A stretch of DNA of 61,482 bases, the filler included. It is 7 parts of 7 records of this genome, joined end to end, with 100 filler letters (N's around TTAATTAATTAA, not from the genome) between each part and the next. Parts side by side here need not be neighbours in the genome. Positions count along the whole stretch, not along the records: positions 1 to 12,356 come from SRR31147125_69091; positions 12,457 to 20,084 come from SRR31147125_69114; positions 20,185 to 27,540 come from SRR31147125_69155; 4 more parts are not named here. One strand, written 5' to 3'. A program made the translations under genes and the position numbers. The notes under the pieces are model-generated. The model worked only from the letters and a program-made list of their open reading frames with translations. It did no database searches and was not told the DNA's origin. The stretch's first letter is position 1, and every line of letters starts with the position of its first letter. Positions 10,290-20,255 of this stretch are shown here, piece after piece.

Positions 10290-11168
10290 TTATTTAACAG
10301 AACCTGTATAACTAAATTTAAGTACACGAACCGTTTGTGAAAAATCATTGTCACCAGCAAGAATATTTTTAAAATCGAACTCTAAAAACATTGAATTGGA
10401 AAAAGCCCAGCGGAATCCGATATTAAAATAACCCTTGCCATCCGTTAGCTTGTCATCATTGGTAGCAAAATCATACTCGGCTATGGCTGCTAAATCTTTG
10501 CTCAACTGCGCATCCATTGCCATAAAAACCGTAGGATCATCATCGCCATTAAACTGATCTTTTTCAAGACTGTAACTTATTCCCCCATGCAGGCCAACCC
10601 GAACCAACGACGGATCAATGGCTTTGGATACGACAATATAAAATCCACGGGATTTGCTGGAATATCGATCGTATAATTTCGTTATTCCATTTGATAACGA
10701 ATCTGATAATGCAGATGTTACATTTTCCAGCGCGGGCCACCACCGACCGTAGCCCTGTGAATCAAAGCCCAATACTACTGCCGGCAACTTTAAATTCTCT
10801 TCAATAATCCGGTAGGCAACTCTCACGCCTGGCATATCATTCCACTCGACACTGCTACCACCAATAATATGATTACCGCCATATGAAACACTCAGCATAA
10901 AATATTTAGAAATACCTACGGACAACTTTGTCAGGGCACCGCCTTCTTCGTAAAGCCGGATGCTCCCCTCCATATCTCCGCCTCGCAAAATACTGGCCGT
11001 TGGAATATCGATGAGCTGGATAGGCTTGGAAAAATAGGAATCTTGCTTGGGATTATTAACCTTTGTCGCGGACATTGTTCTATCACCATATTGCCCCAGG
11101 CATGGCACGGAAAAAGTCCCAATAACAATTAGGCAAAAAATCATTTTTAACAAAAATTTTGGATTCAT
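10290..11168 (-). CDS. Outer-membrane beta-barrel protein (YjbH-like)
   Basis: Signal peptide, LIDIPTA motif, alternating aromatic/hydrophobic strands. Confidence 0.6.
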   Translation of the reverse strand: MNPKFLLKMIFCLIVIGTFSVPCLGQYGDRTMSATKVNNPKQDSYFSKPIQLIDIPTASILRGGDMEGSIRLYEEGGALTKLSVGISKYFMLSVSYGGNHIIGGSSVEWNDMPGVRVAYRIIEENLKLPAVVLGFDSQGYGRWWPALENVTSALSDSLSNGITKLYDRYSSKSRGFYIVVSKAIDPSLVRVGLHGGISYSLEKDQFNGDDDPTVFMAMDAQLSKDLAAIAEYDFATNDDKLTDGKGYFNIGFRWAFSNSMFLEFDFKNILAGDNDFSQTVRVLKFSYTGSVK

Positions 11169-11319
11169 TTAAAAGCCCTCTGATCCAGACCACTATATTT
11201 AGTAAAATTTAGTATAATAACCACTAAATGTCAAGAAATATTGCCTGTTTATTAAAATGTGTGTTTTTTTTACTATTCAGGAAAAAAATCAAACAAGCCC
11301 CCTTTTTTTGGTTTTTAAT

Positions 11320-12135
11320 TTAAAAGAAGGATTCCTGGGCAGAAATATCCATCATGTTCTCTTGCAGCTCATTTAATCTGGTTTTTATTTGCTCAAACAA
11401 TAAACTGTTTTTCCTGCTTAATCGCTTTGAATTTAAAACTTTTAGTCTCAACAGATATTCGGCATCAATGAGATCTCTGATGAGTTCTTTTTTAACCTGT
11501 TCATAAAGTGGACTATCCGGATATCTTTCAAGGAAATCATCCAGTATCGCAAATGAGGCTGGAATTTTATTCCAAAAGTCATTATATCGATTCTTTATTG
11601 TTTTTGTGACAATCGATTTTATCGTTGAATTAATCCGGACATCTCTGTGATAATCGATATAATTCAATAGCCCGATGTTATTCGTATACAGCTTTTTGAA
11701 GAGTCCATAGCGTTTTGTCGAATCTGTTTCGGTTTCAAGCTGTCTGTTTAGCTTTCGGTATTTTGCCACCCATTTATCGGCTTCAAAATAAACTTCACTT
11801 AATTTGTATCGAAGCACGATACGTGTCCACGAACCAATAGGCTTTTCATCTAATAACGCAGGTTCAAATTCAATAGATTTGGCAAACTCCAACGCAGCCT
11901 TGTCCAAATCTTCATGACCTGAAGACTCTTCAAGATTGATTTCATCCGGCTTGCCGTTCTGATTAACGAATACAACCAGTTTTACTTCCCCCTCTCTCTG
12001 GTCTATCTGAGCAGACAGGGGATAATCAAGCTCGACACCGGACATAACTTTTGCAGAACGGTAGCGTGAGTGGGCACACCCCATTGATAGTACAACAAAA
12101 ATAAGGATGATAATTTTTAGAACCCGGAAAATCAT
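11320..12135 (-). CDS. TonB C-terminal domain lipoprotein with helical C-terminal extension
   Basis: SMGC lipobox; YP..A...EGEVKL..V...G....SSG...LDKAAL...FEPA TonB_C pattern. Confidence 0.75.
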   Translation of the reverse strand: MIFRVLKIIILIFVVLSMGCAHSRYRSAKVMSGVELDYPLSAQIDQREGEVKLVVFVNQNGKPDEINLEESSGHEDLDKAALEFAKSIEFEPALLDEKPIGSWTRIVLRYKLSEVYFEADKWVAKYRKLNRQLETETDSTKRYGLFKKLYTNNIGLLNYIDYHRDVRINSTIKSIVTKTIKNRYNDFWNKIPASFAILDDFLERYPDSPLYEQVKKELIRDLIDAEYLLRLKVLNSKRLSRKNSLLFEQIKTRLNELQENMMDISAQESFF

Positions 12136-12356
12136 ATGCTTATATTCCGAGCTAAAGTGAAATAATTATATAAATCAACAAGACATTTTTTCCTGCTGAT
12201 TCCCTGATAATGAATTATAAAATTAATGGATGATAACACGGTTGTCAAATCATCTATGAGGCTGTATCAAAAGTCAAAAAATGGGTAAATTTAATATATC
12301 TCTTAAAAACAACATAACGATCGCAATATAATTATAAACAAAAACATAACCTGCTT

Positions 12357-12456
12357 NNNNNNNNNNNNNNNNNNNNNNNNNNNNNNNNNNNNNNNNNNNN
12401 TTAATTAATTAANNNNNNNNNNNNNNNNNNNNNNNNNNNNNNNNNNNNNNNNNNNN
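12357..12456. other. Artificial contig spacer
   Basis: N44-TTAATTAATTAA-N44 (stop codons in all six frames). Confidence 0.98.
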
Positions 12457-14397
12457 AAAAAATACCGCTCTTTGTCAAAAGTACAAGAGGCCCAATACAG
12501 CAAACTGACGGAAAAGATCAAGCCGCAAGACGGCTTGTTCCATTCGGGTTCGCATTCACTTGATCAGCAGGCACACGCGGCAACGCTCAACTCAATTGAT
12601 TTTCAAAGCGATGCGAATGGTGAAACTGCCATCGTGATTCATACATCTCATCAAGTTCAATACAAAATTGAGAAAAGTAGAGTCAATGACCAAGAGCTTC
12701 AGTTAACCCTTCTCAACACAGCCATTCCTGAAAAATATCAAAAACGAATTTCGACAACGGAATTCAGTTCCGCAGTCGATGAGATTCTTCCTGTAAATCG
12801 CTTTAACGAAAACGAGCCGTCTCGCATTCTTTTTCAACTCAAGAAAAGAGTCCCCTACCATTTACTCCAGGAAGAACGTAAAATTACGCTTTATATAGAG
12901 CCCGTTGGGATGGTGGAGGCATCTGAGCACCTGGAGTTCTCTCCCCATCTGCTTGAAGATCCCCTGATTTCAACTGGCGAGAAAGAGGCAGGGTATGCCG
13001 TAGCCGATGATGAAAGCCAAGATGCCGCTTTCCAGGACCATATCGAAACAGATACGATGGCTATGGCAACTGAATTTGAAGATGTTGACGTCGCTTCCGG
13101 CAATGACCAGGTGGATGATGAGCTGATGTTCGACAAGCCTAAAGAGTATACCGGGGAAAAGATCAGTTTAGACTTTTATGAAACAGACATAAAAAATGTG
13201 TTCCGAATTCTTCGTACGGTGAGTGGCGATAATTTTGCCATTGATAAGGATGTGACCGGCAGCGTGACCCTTACCCTTGATAAACCTGTGCCATGGGATC
13301 AGATTTTAGATTTAATACTGAAAATGAACGGCTTGGGGATGGTGAGAGAGGGGGCGATTATCCGTATCGCTACACTGGCAACACTCCAAAGTGAAGAACA
13401 GGCGCGACAGGCGATGTTTGAGGCTCGGAAAAAGGCTTTGGAACAACAAAGGGAATTGGAACCTCTTGTTACGGAGTATATCCCGATCAACTACGCAAAC
13501 GCGGAAAATGATATCAAACCCCATTTGGAAAGATTGCTGAAGGATGGCGGTGAGGATGACACCGACAGAGGCGAGTTGACTGCCGACTCTCGTACAAACA
13601 TGATTATTTTGACGGATACGCAAGAGAAAATCGATCTGGCCAAAGAAATCATCTATCGACTCGACAAGGTGACGCCTCAAATCATGATTTCCGCCAGAAT
13701 CGTAGAGGCGAATAAAGACTTTTCAAGGGAACTCGGGGTGAGCTGGAATGTATCCAGTGAGGATGTCTATCGAGATGATATCGGTGGGTTGTACGGGTTT
13801 GATATCGCGATGAACTACCCGGTCGATTCCACCAACGGCATCGGCTATACATTCAGCAGACTGGCGGGAACACCATTGCTGCTCGATGCAAAGTTAAATG
13901 CGTCCGAGTTGACCGGAAATTCTAAGATTATTTCTTCTCCAAAAATTTTGACGCTGGATAATAGAACGGCAAAAATCGATCAAGGGGTTGATTACGGCTA
14001 CCAGAGCGGGGTCGATGAAAACGGAAATCCCGTGATTTCGTTCAAACAGGCGACGATTTCGTTGGAAGTCACGCCCCAAGTGACACCTGACAACCGGGTG
14101 GGAATGATTGTGAAAATTTCAAAAAATGATATTACAGGAACCGTTGCCGGCATTCCATCCCTTTCAACCAATGAAGCGGAAACCGAGCTGCTTGTCAACG
14201 ATGGCAATACCATTGTAATTGGTGGAATTGTAAAAACCAACTATTCCGAAAGCAAAAATGCCTTCCCGTTTTTGGGAGATATCCCTTATGTGGGCAAGCT
14301 TTTCAGTTCGGATACGACTACGAACAATAGGGACGAGCTGTTGATCTTTATCACCCCCACAATTGTTCAATTGGATCAGAGAGAAAATATATTATAA
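12457..14397 (+). CDS. pilQ: Type IV pilus secretin PilQ (5'-truncated)
   Basis: AMIN-like domain, YTGEKISLDF N0 start, PWDQILD, QIMISARIVE, LEVTPQVT, LGDIPYVGKLF..ELLIFITP secretin motifs. Frame is open to the contig edge. Confidence 0.93.
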   Translation, partial: KKYRSLSKVQEAQYSKLTEKIKPQDGLFHSGSHSLDQQAHAATLNSIDFQSDANGETAIVIHTSHQVQYKIEKSRVNDQELQLTLLNTAIPEKYQKRISTTEFSSAVDEILPVNRFNENEPSRILFQLKKRVPYHLLQEERKITLYIEPVGMVEASEHLEFSPHLLEDPLISTGEKEAGYAVADDESQDAAFQDHIETDTMAMATEFEDVDVASGNDQVDDELMFDKPKEYTGEKISLDFYETDIKNVFRILRTVSGDNFAIDKDVTGSVTLTLDKPVPWDQILDLILKMNGLGMVREGAIIRIATLATLQSEEQARQAMFEARKKALEQQRELEPLVTEYIPINYANAENDIKPHLERLLKDGGEDDTDRGELTADSRTNMIILTDTQEKIDLAKEIIYRLDKVTPQIMISARIVEANKDFSRELGVSWNVSSEDVYRDDIGGLYGFDIAMNYPVDSTNGIGYTFSRLAGTPLLLDAKLNASELTGNSKIISSPKILTLDNRTAKIDQGVDYGYQSGVDENGNPVISFKQATISLEVTPQVTPDNRVGMIVKISKNDITGTVAGIPSLSTNEAETELLVNDGNTIVIGGIVKTNYSESKNAFPFLGDIPYVGKLFSSDTTTNNRDELLIFITPTIVQLDQRENIL

Positions 14398-14426
14398 AGA
14401 TATTTGGAGCTTTGCGGAGGAAATTG

Positions 14427-17400
14427 ATGAAAACGGGAAAATTCGGGTGGGCTTGGCGACTGACTGCAAGTTTCGTTGTGATGATGTGTTTTGTCGGGTG
14501 TGGCGGATCCGGAGGGGGATTTACTGAAACCGCATCCATTGATCTGACTGCAGATAGAGACTCCGTCAACGCGGATGGGATGAGTTCTGTGACCATTACC
14601 GCATCTGTTACGGACAGCACAGGCGCATCGGTCGCCCAATATACGAACGTCGAGTTTACCACAACCAATGGTCACTTCAAAAACGGATCCCAGAGTTACG
14701 GCCTGTCGACAGCCGATGACTCCGGCACTGCCATTGTCTCTTTGATTGCGCCGGATACGCCCGGATTTGCAGAGGTGACCTGTGAAGCCAACGGCGTGAC
14801 TCAATTCATTCGGATCGATTTCCTCCATTATGACAATAGTGGCGATGCGGTTGCCGAGGAGTTTGGCCTTTCTGTTGAATATCACAACCTTTCAGGCTTA
14901 TGGCGTAGTGGTCTTGAGAATACGATCACGGCCCGGTTGGGCGATATCTACGGAAATGCCGTTCAAGACGGCGTCTCCGTCTCCTTTTCCACCTATAACA
15001 CCGGTGGGTTTTTTGATCCCGACGTGGCCGTAACGGCGGGTGCGATCGACGACTCGACTATTTACCAGGCCGGCACTGCTGCCAGCACTCTATTTACAAC
15101 ATCGAGCCCGGTTCCGGCACAAGGTATGGTTTCCGTTACCGCCGAAACGGACGGAGGTTCCACCACACACGTTACTTCCATTGCCGTGACCCCGGGAAAT
15201 GATTCGCACATTATGTATGCCGGAACCAATGGCGGCGGGGTGTACAAATCAACGGACAGCGGGCGAAGTTGGGAAAACATCAGTCGCTCCACGTTGAATG
15301 CTCGCTCCGGCCAAAATTGGATTGATCCTTATGTCAAAGGCAACAGCGCCATTGCCATTGATCCGGATGATCACAATACCGTCTATGTGGGAACCGGTTA
15401 TCTTGGATCGGGCAATCTCTTTCGCTCCCTTGACGGCGGGATGAACTGGAACAGTAACGACGTGGAAGAGTGGAATGGACTTTACAATACCAATTCTGCG
15501 GTTCTTACGGTTCTTTGCGATGATGGGGGAAGCGACTATGTTTGGATGGGTACTGAAGGTCAGGGCATTCTTTACTCGGAAGATGGCGAGACATTTCAAC
15601 CGTCAGGGGGAACCGTCGTTGTCAACTCTCGATTTGGAGATGATGTCATTGCCTCCCCAAAAGTGGGATACAGCGCTGAATCGGAGGTGTGGACATTGAC
15701 CTGTTTTGTTCCGGATGCAACGATTAACGCTCCTTCCATCATTACTGCCATTGATCCGATAGTCATTGAAGAAAATCCCTATGCAGAACCTCCGGTATTG
15801 ACCGCTTCCAACCCCGATACAGACGGTCGAATAGAAAGTTTTTCCACCACATCTGCGACAAAGACTGAAACATGGACGGTTACTTATGTACTTGAAGGCG
15901 TTGAGGTCGAAAATATTACCACCGGAGAGCACAAAGGAACGGTTATAGACGTAGAAGCAACAGAAAGTGCCGCTCTGGAGCATTGGACCTTGACCTGTAT
16001 TTATGTGGATATTAATGAAGTTGAGCTGCTGCAGGGGACCAACGCCATTTTTCGGGTGGAGAGCTCCGTTACCGGACAACAGGCCGATGCAACTTTGAAT
16101 CAGCCCTATACGTCGGATCGGATCAATTTCACCATCATCGCCGGCCAGTCCCCATTTATTGTGGGGGATGTCATAGAGTTCGATACGGTTCAAAGTGCCT
16201 ATTGGCGAGTCTATGGGTCGATTTCCGGTCAACAGGAAAATTATGCGGAGACAGGAATCGCTTACGTATCCGACAATCGAGAAGTGGGGTTTACCATTGA
16301 GGAAGGACAAACGCCTTTTAGTGACGGAGACTATTTCTCATTTTCCACATATGAGGCGAAACCTGCATACTGGGTTGTTGAGGGAAGTTTGTCCGGTACT
16401 CAGGCGGGGATCGCTCAAACAAACCAAGTCTACTCATCAGATAATGGTGAAATCAGTTTTATAATAGCTGACAGTGGGGGAAGTTATCAAGACGGGGATC
16501 AAATCACCCTACAGGTGACGGCCAACAAATTGTCCCATGGTTGGACCGTTTGGGATTTAGCTAAGGTGCCCGATACGCATGGCAGCAGCGCCGAGTTATA
16601 TGCGGCAACCTCCACAGGTTTGTATAAAAGTGTGAACGGAGGCCGTACCTGGGATGGTCTGGGGCGGTTTACGGGTGACTACATTAACTGTATGGCACTT
16701 TATCATACGGATTCAGGGACAGACATTATTTTTGCAGGTACGGAAAATGCAAGTGTATGGGGAAGCTACGATGGGGGGATGACATGGACCCAGTATTCCA
16801 GTGGAATGTCCCAAGGAACCACCATAAAAGATATTCTCATCGATCCGTATAATCGGAGGCTGTATTCACTTGCCTGTTATGGACCGAGTGAGAGCGCCAC
16901 CGGCCAAGTGTTTTATACTGAATTGGATGATCAACTCGCCATAGCATCGGGGACGTCATGGCAGGAGAGTGCCGATGGATTGAGCGATAGCGCACTGTAT
17001 GCGCTTGGAATAGATAGTGCTGAATTGTCCAGCGAGATTTACGTTGGTGGTGAGGGGATCGGCTTCTATCGCGCGTCCAGCGGGGTTGGCTTTGGATCTC
17101 CCACTTGGCAGGATAGTAGCCAGGGGCTTTCCAATCGAATCATGGCCAGGATCCCTGTGCTGTTTTCCGGAGAGACGTCGCTCTCCTATGATATTGTCCA
17201 ATATGATTCGGTGATTTTTTTAACCGTATATATTCAGGATGTTAATGGAAATCCCCCCATAGCCGGATCAACTTATACGGCCACATTTCATGATGAGTCC
17301 GCCGGCGAGGATTATGTCTGGACGGATAACAAGGGATATCCCGATACCTATTCCTACCAGGGAACTTACAGAGATCCGGGTAATGGGTATACTAATAATC

Positions 17401-17534
17401 CATATCAATACATAGCTGAAGTTGGTTCCGGGGATATAATTACCTTAACCTATACCCCAACCTGTAATGCGGGTGAAGATGACGATGAGGCAGGATGTTC
17501 GGGTTCGGAACAGACATTTACAATTTGGTTCTAA
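14427..17534 (+). CDS. ~1035-aa lipoprotein: Big-1 Ig-like domains, Asp-box beta-propeller with nested insert, C-terminal Ig-like domain
   Basis: GGAGG RBS; FVGC lipobox; ADGMSSVTITASVTDSTG Big-1 pattern; Asp-boxes STDSGRSW, SLDGGMNW, SVNGGRTW, SYDGGMTW. Confidence 0.8.
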   Translation: MKTGKFGWAWRLTASFVVMMCFVGCGGSGGGFTETASIDLTADRDSVNADGMSSVTITASVTDSTGASVAQYTNVEFTTTNGHFKNGSQSYGLSTADDSGTAIVSLIAPDTPGFAEVTCEANGVTQFIRIDFLHYDNSGDAVAEEFGLSVEYHNLSGLWRSGLENTITARLGDIYGNAVQDGVSVSFSTYNTGGFFDPDVAVTAGAIDDSTIYQAGTAASTLFTTSSPVPAQGMVSVTAETDGGSTTHVTSIAVTPGNDSHIMYAGTNGGGVYKSTDSGRSWENISRSTLNARSGQNWIDPYVKGNSAIAIDPDDHNTVYVGTGYLGSGNLFRSLDGGMNWNSNDVEEWNGLYNTNSAVLTVLCDDGGSDYVWMGTEGQGILYSEDGETFQPSGGTVVVNSRFGDDVIASPKVGYSAESEVWTLTCFVPDATINAPSIITAIDPIVIEENPYAEPPVLTASNPDTDGRIESFSTTSATKTETWTVTYVLEGVEVENITTGEHKGTVIDVEATESAALEHWTLTCIYVDINEVELLQGTNAIFRVESSVTGQQADATLNQPYTSDRINFTIIAGQSPFIVGDVIEFDTVQSAYWRVYGSISGQQENYAETGIAYVSDNREVGFTIEEGQTPFSDGDYFSFSTYEAKPAYWVVEGSLSGTQAGIAQTNQVYSSDNGEISFIIADSGGSYQDGDQITLQVTANKLSHGWTVWDLAKVPDTHGSSAELYAATSTGLYKSVNGGRTWDGLGRFTGDYINCMALYHTDSGTDIIFAGTENASVWGSYDGGMTWTQYSSGMSQGTTIKDILIDPYNRRLYSLACYGPSESATGQVFYTELDDQLAIASGTSWQESADGLSDSALYALGIDSAELSSEIYVGGEGIGFYRASSGVGFGSPTWQDSSQGLSNRIMARIPVLFSGETSLSYDIVQYDSVIFLTVYIQDVNGNPPIAGSTYTATFHDESAGEDYVWTDNKGYPDTYSYQGTYRDPGNGYTNNPYQYIAEVGSGDIITLTYTPTCNAGEDDDEAGCSGSEQTFTIWF

Positions 17535-17738
17535 CAGATTTGTAAAAGCGACGATTCTATCAGGTTTTCCACTGGAGTGATTTAGGAACAGATTTTTTGC
17601 ATGTTTGCCTTTTCAGTGGAAAAATTGCTTCGTACTTATTTTTTTTGAAACGAGTTGTGCTCATTAATTTGTAAAAAAGAGCGAAATAGAGTTAACCAAT
17701 AAGCATTTGATAGTGTACTTTTATATGATGGGGGTGGC

Positions 17739-20084
17739 ATGGATACTGTTCAGAAAAATTTGAAACTATTTTTTCTCGTTTGTGTAGGAATGCTCATTGG
17801 GTTTGGCAGTCATGGGTATTCAGCAGAATATGAACGGGAGTTCAATGACACCCAAGCGACATCGCTATTTCTCGATTCAATTGATGTACAGGTGATTGGA
17901 AACTTTTGGCATCCGTTGGATTATGATTGGTACGCATTTAATGTAGAGGGGAGCGTCAATCTTAGGATCGCTGCAACGTATGAGGATTCAGAAAGTGAAG
18001 ATGTTGTGTCGGATGCTCTGTTTATAGAGATTCGGGATAAAGACAATATCATATTGGGAGATTTTTCCGTTGATTTCGGCCCTAAAAAGAGCAGTTATGT
18101 GGGAAATGTAAGAATCAATGGAACCGGAACGTATTACTTAGTGGTCTTTTGTCCGGTGACTGGAAATTATCAAAGAGACAAGTACAAAATATCACTTGCC
18201 AATGAAGATTCTACGGATCCTACAGACAATCTCGATAAAAGCGAACCGGCATATATCGCACTGTCGCTTAGCCAGACATCGGTAAAATCCGATAATGTAG
18301 AGACTGCTGATGTCACTGCAACCGTATTGGATGGGTATCGAGCGCCGATAGAAGAGGTGGAGCTGTTGGTCTCCATTGATGCGGGTCAGATTTCGGAGGC
18401 ATTTCCCGTAACGGACGAAGAGGGGAAGGCGGTTGTTCAGTTTTCTTCCGGGTTGGAAAAGAGTAATGATGAAGTTCTGATCAACGTCAGCGTTGTCGGG
18501 AGTGATCCGGAGGTGTCTGCGGAGATTCCCATTGTCATCACCGGATCCACATTGGAGGTCGATCCCGGCCTCATCACCAACTTGGAATTGGGGGGAAACG
18601 ATTCGACAAATCTGACGGTGACTGCCAAAGATGCTGCCGGAAATCCGATTGTCGGCGCGTCGATCTCCGTCAAGCGGGATGCCTCAATTTCATCCGGGTT
18701 AATCTTTTTTCAAATGATGATGCAACCGAAAGTGCCGAAGGTGTAACAGACAGTTCCGGAAGTGTTGTTTTCCCCATTCAAGCCTTGGCACAGGGCGATG
18801 TGGTGTTGAATATCAGCGGGGTGGGCGTTACTGCAACCCAGAATTATTCCATTTATTCTTTGGGAGATGCGCTGCGGATCGTTTCACCGGACCAAGAAAA
18901 CTTTTCATTGTCGATTTACAACTATTCGACGTCCGATATCGACGATGATGAGGGCATTTTTTATAAAGTGCTTAAGGTCACAGTGCCGGAATTATTGGTA
19001 GAGCAGTCGCATACCATCCGCTTTGTAGCCACAATGGGGGACTTCAGCCCTACCACGATTTCCAATGGGGCAGCGGTTCCGGTTGTGCCGTTGGCCTGGA
19101 GTCAAATATTGGATGTTCCCGCCGCTGATGAAATTACCATTGCGTATCAGTCGGATGAGGCGGGTATTTCAACTATTTATGTTTATGATGTAAATAGTAT
19201 TGTTCAAAATGATAGTGTAACGGCAACAATTTCAGCGCCGGTAGCAAATGCCACTCAGATTTCTTTACAGGCGGAACCCACCATCGTGTCACCCAGCAGC
19301 GGCAATGTGGAAAACGTTTCTGATTTGATTGTCACTGTCAAAGATGAGTCGGATCAAGTTGTTGGAGGGGCCACTGTCGTTTTCAGAATCGTCAATCCAA
19401 CCGGCGGGGGAGAAACCATATCGCCGGTATGGACCGTAACGGATGATAACGGTGTGGCACGAAGTACATTTAAGTCCGGATCTCTACCGTCCGGAGGCGA
19501 AGGTGTCGAAGTGGTGGCTGAGGTGCTTGGTGCCGATGCGACGAATCTGACGGATAGTATCTGGATTGTAATTGGAGGTACACCGGGATCCATTGTCATC
19601 GGCAGAAGTACGACCATTTCATCTGATGATACCAATACCCAATATATCCTGCCGATGTCCATTCTGGTATCCGACGCCGGTGGGCATCCTGTTGCCAATC
19701 AGGAAGTTTCTCTCAATAACTGGCCGGTAGAATACGCGACCGGAACTTGGGTGGAAAGTAACGATGAATTGGTGCCTGACCATACCGGGTGGTTTCCAAA
19801 TGAAGATTACAATAGAAATACGATATTGGATCCCTGGGAGAGTGACCCGCAAAATAATGGGATCACCCCCCCAACTCAAGTGCCGGTAATATCCCGAATA
19901 CGGTGACTACGGATGAGAACGGAGTTGCAAATTTTGAACTGGTTTACTTGAAGCATTTTGTTCCATGGGTTCGGGTTGAAGTGAGGGCAACGACTATTGT
20001 TTCCGGAACGGAAACCATTTCGGAGCTGACATTTATTTTGCCCTGGCTCATTGGAGAAGAAGAGTCGTTGTCAAGCTCTCCTTT
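17739..20084 (+). CDS. Secreted multi-Big-1 (invasin-like) protein with N-terminal PPC-like domain; two homopolymer frameshifts, 3'-truncated
   Basis: Signal peptide; EREFNDT..DYDWY PPC-like start; repeated VTATVLD/VTAKDAAGNP/VTVKDESDQ Big-1 units. Adding T at 18705-18710 and C at 19866-19872 joins ORFs 17739, 18785 and 19903. Confidence 0.75.
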
Positions 20085-20184
20085 NNNNNNNNNNNNNNNN
20101 NNNNNNNNNNNNNNNNNNNNNNNNNNNNTTAATTAATTAANNNNNNNNNNNNNNNNNNNNNNNNNNNNNNNNNNNNNNNNNNNN
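20085..20184. other. Artificial contig spacer
   Basis: N44-TTAATTAATTAA-N44. Confidence 0.98.
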
Positions 20185-20255
20185 TTTTTTCTTGGCCCGG
20201 CGTCCAAGAACTCAACGTGAGGGGTAAATAGTGATTTCCGAGTGCTCCAGCTGAC

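Noticed and set aside
17565-17623. 10-bp inverted repeat and a sigma54-like site between the two Ig genes
   Set aside because: GG-to-GC spacing is 12 rather than 10; the repeat has a long loop and cannot be assigned
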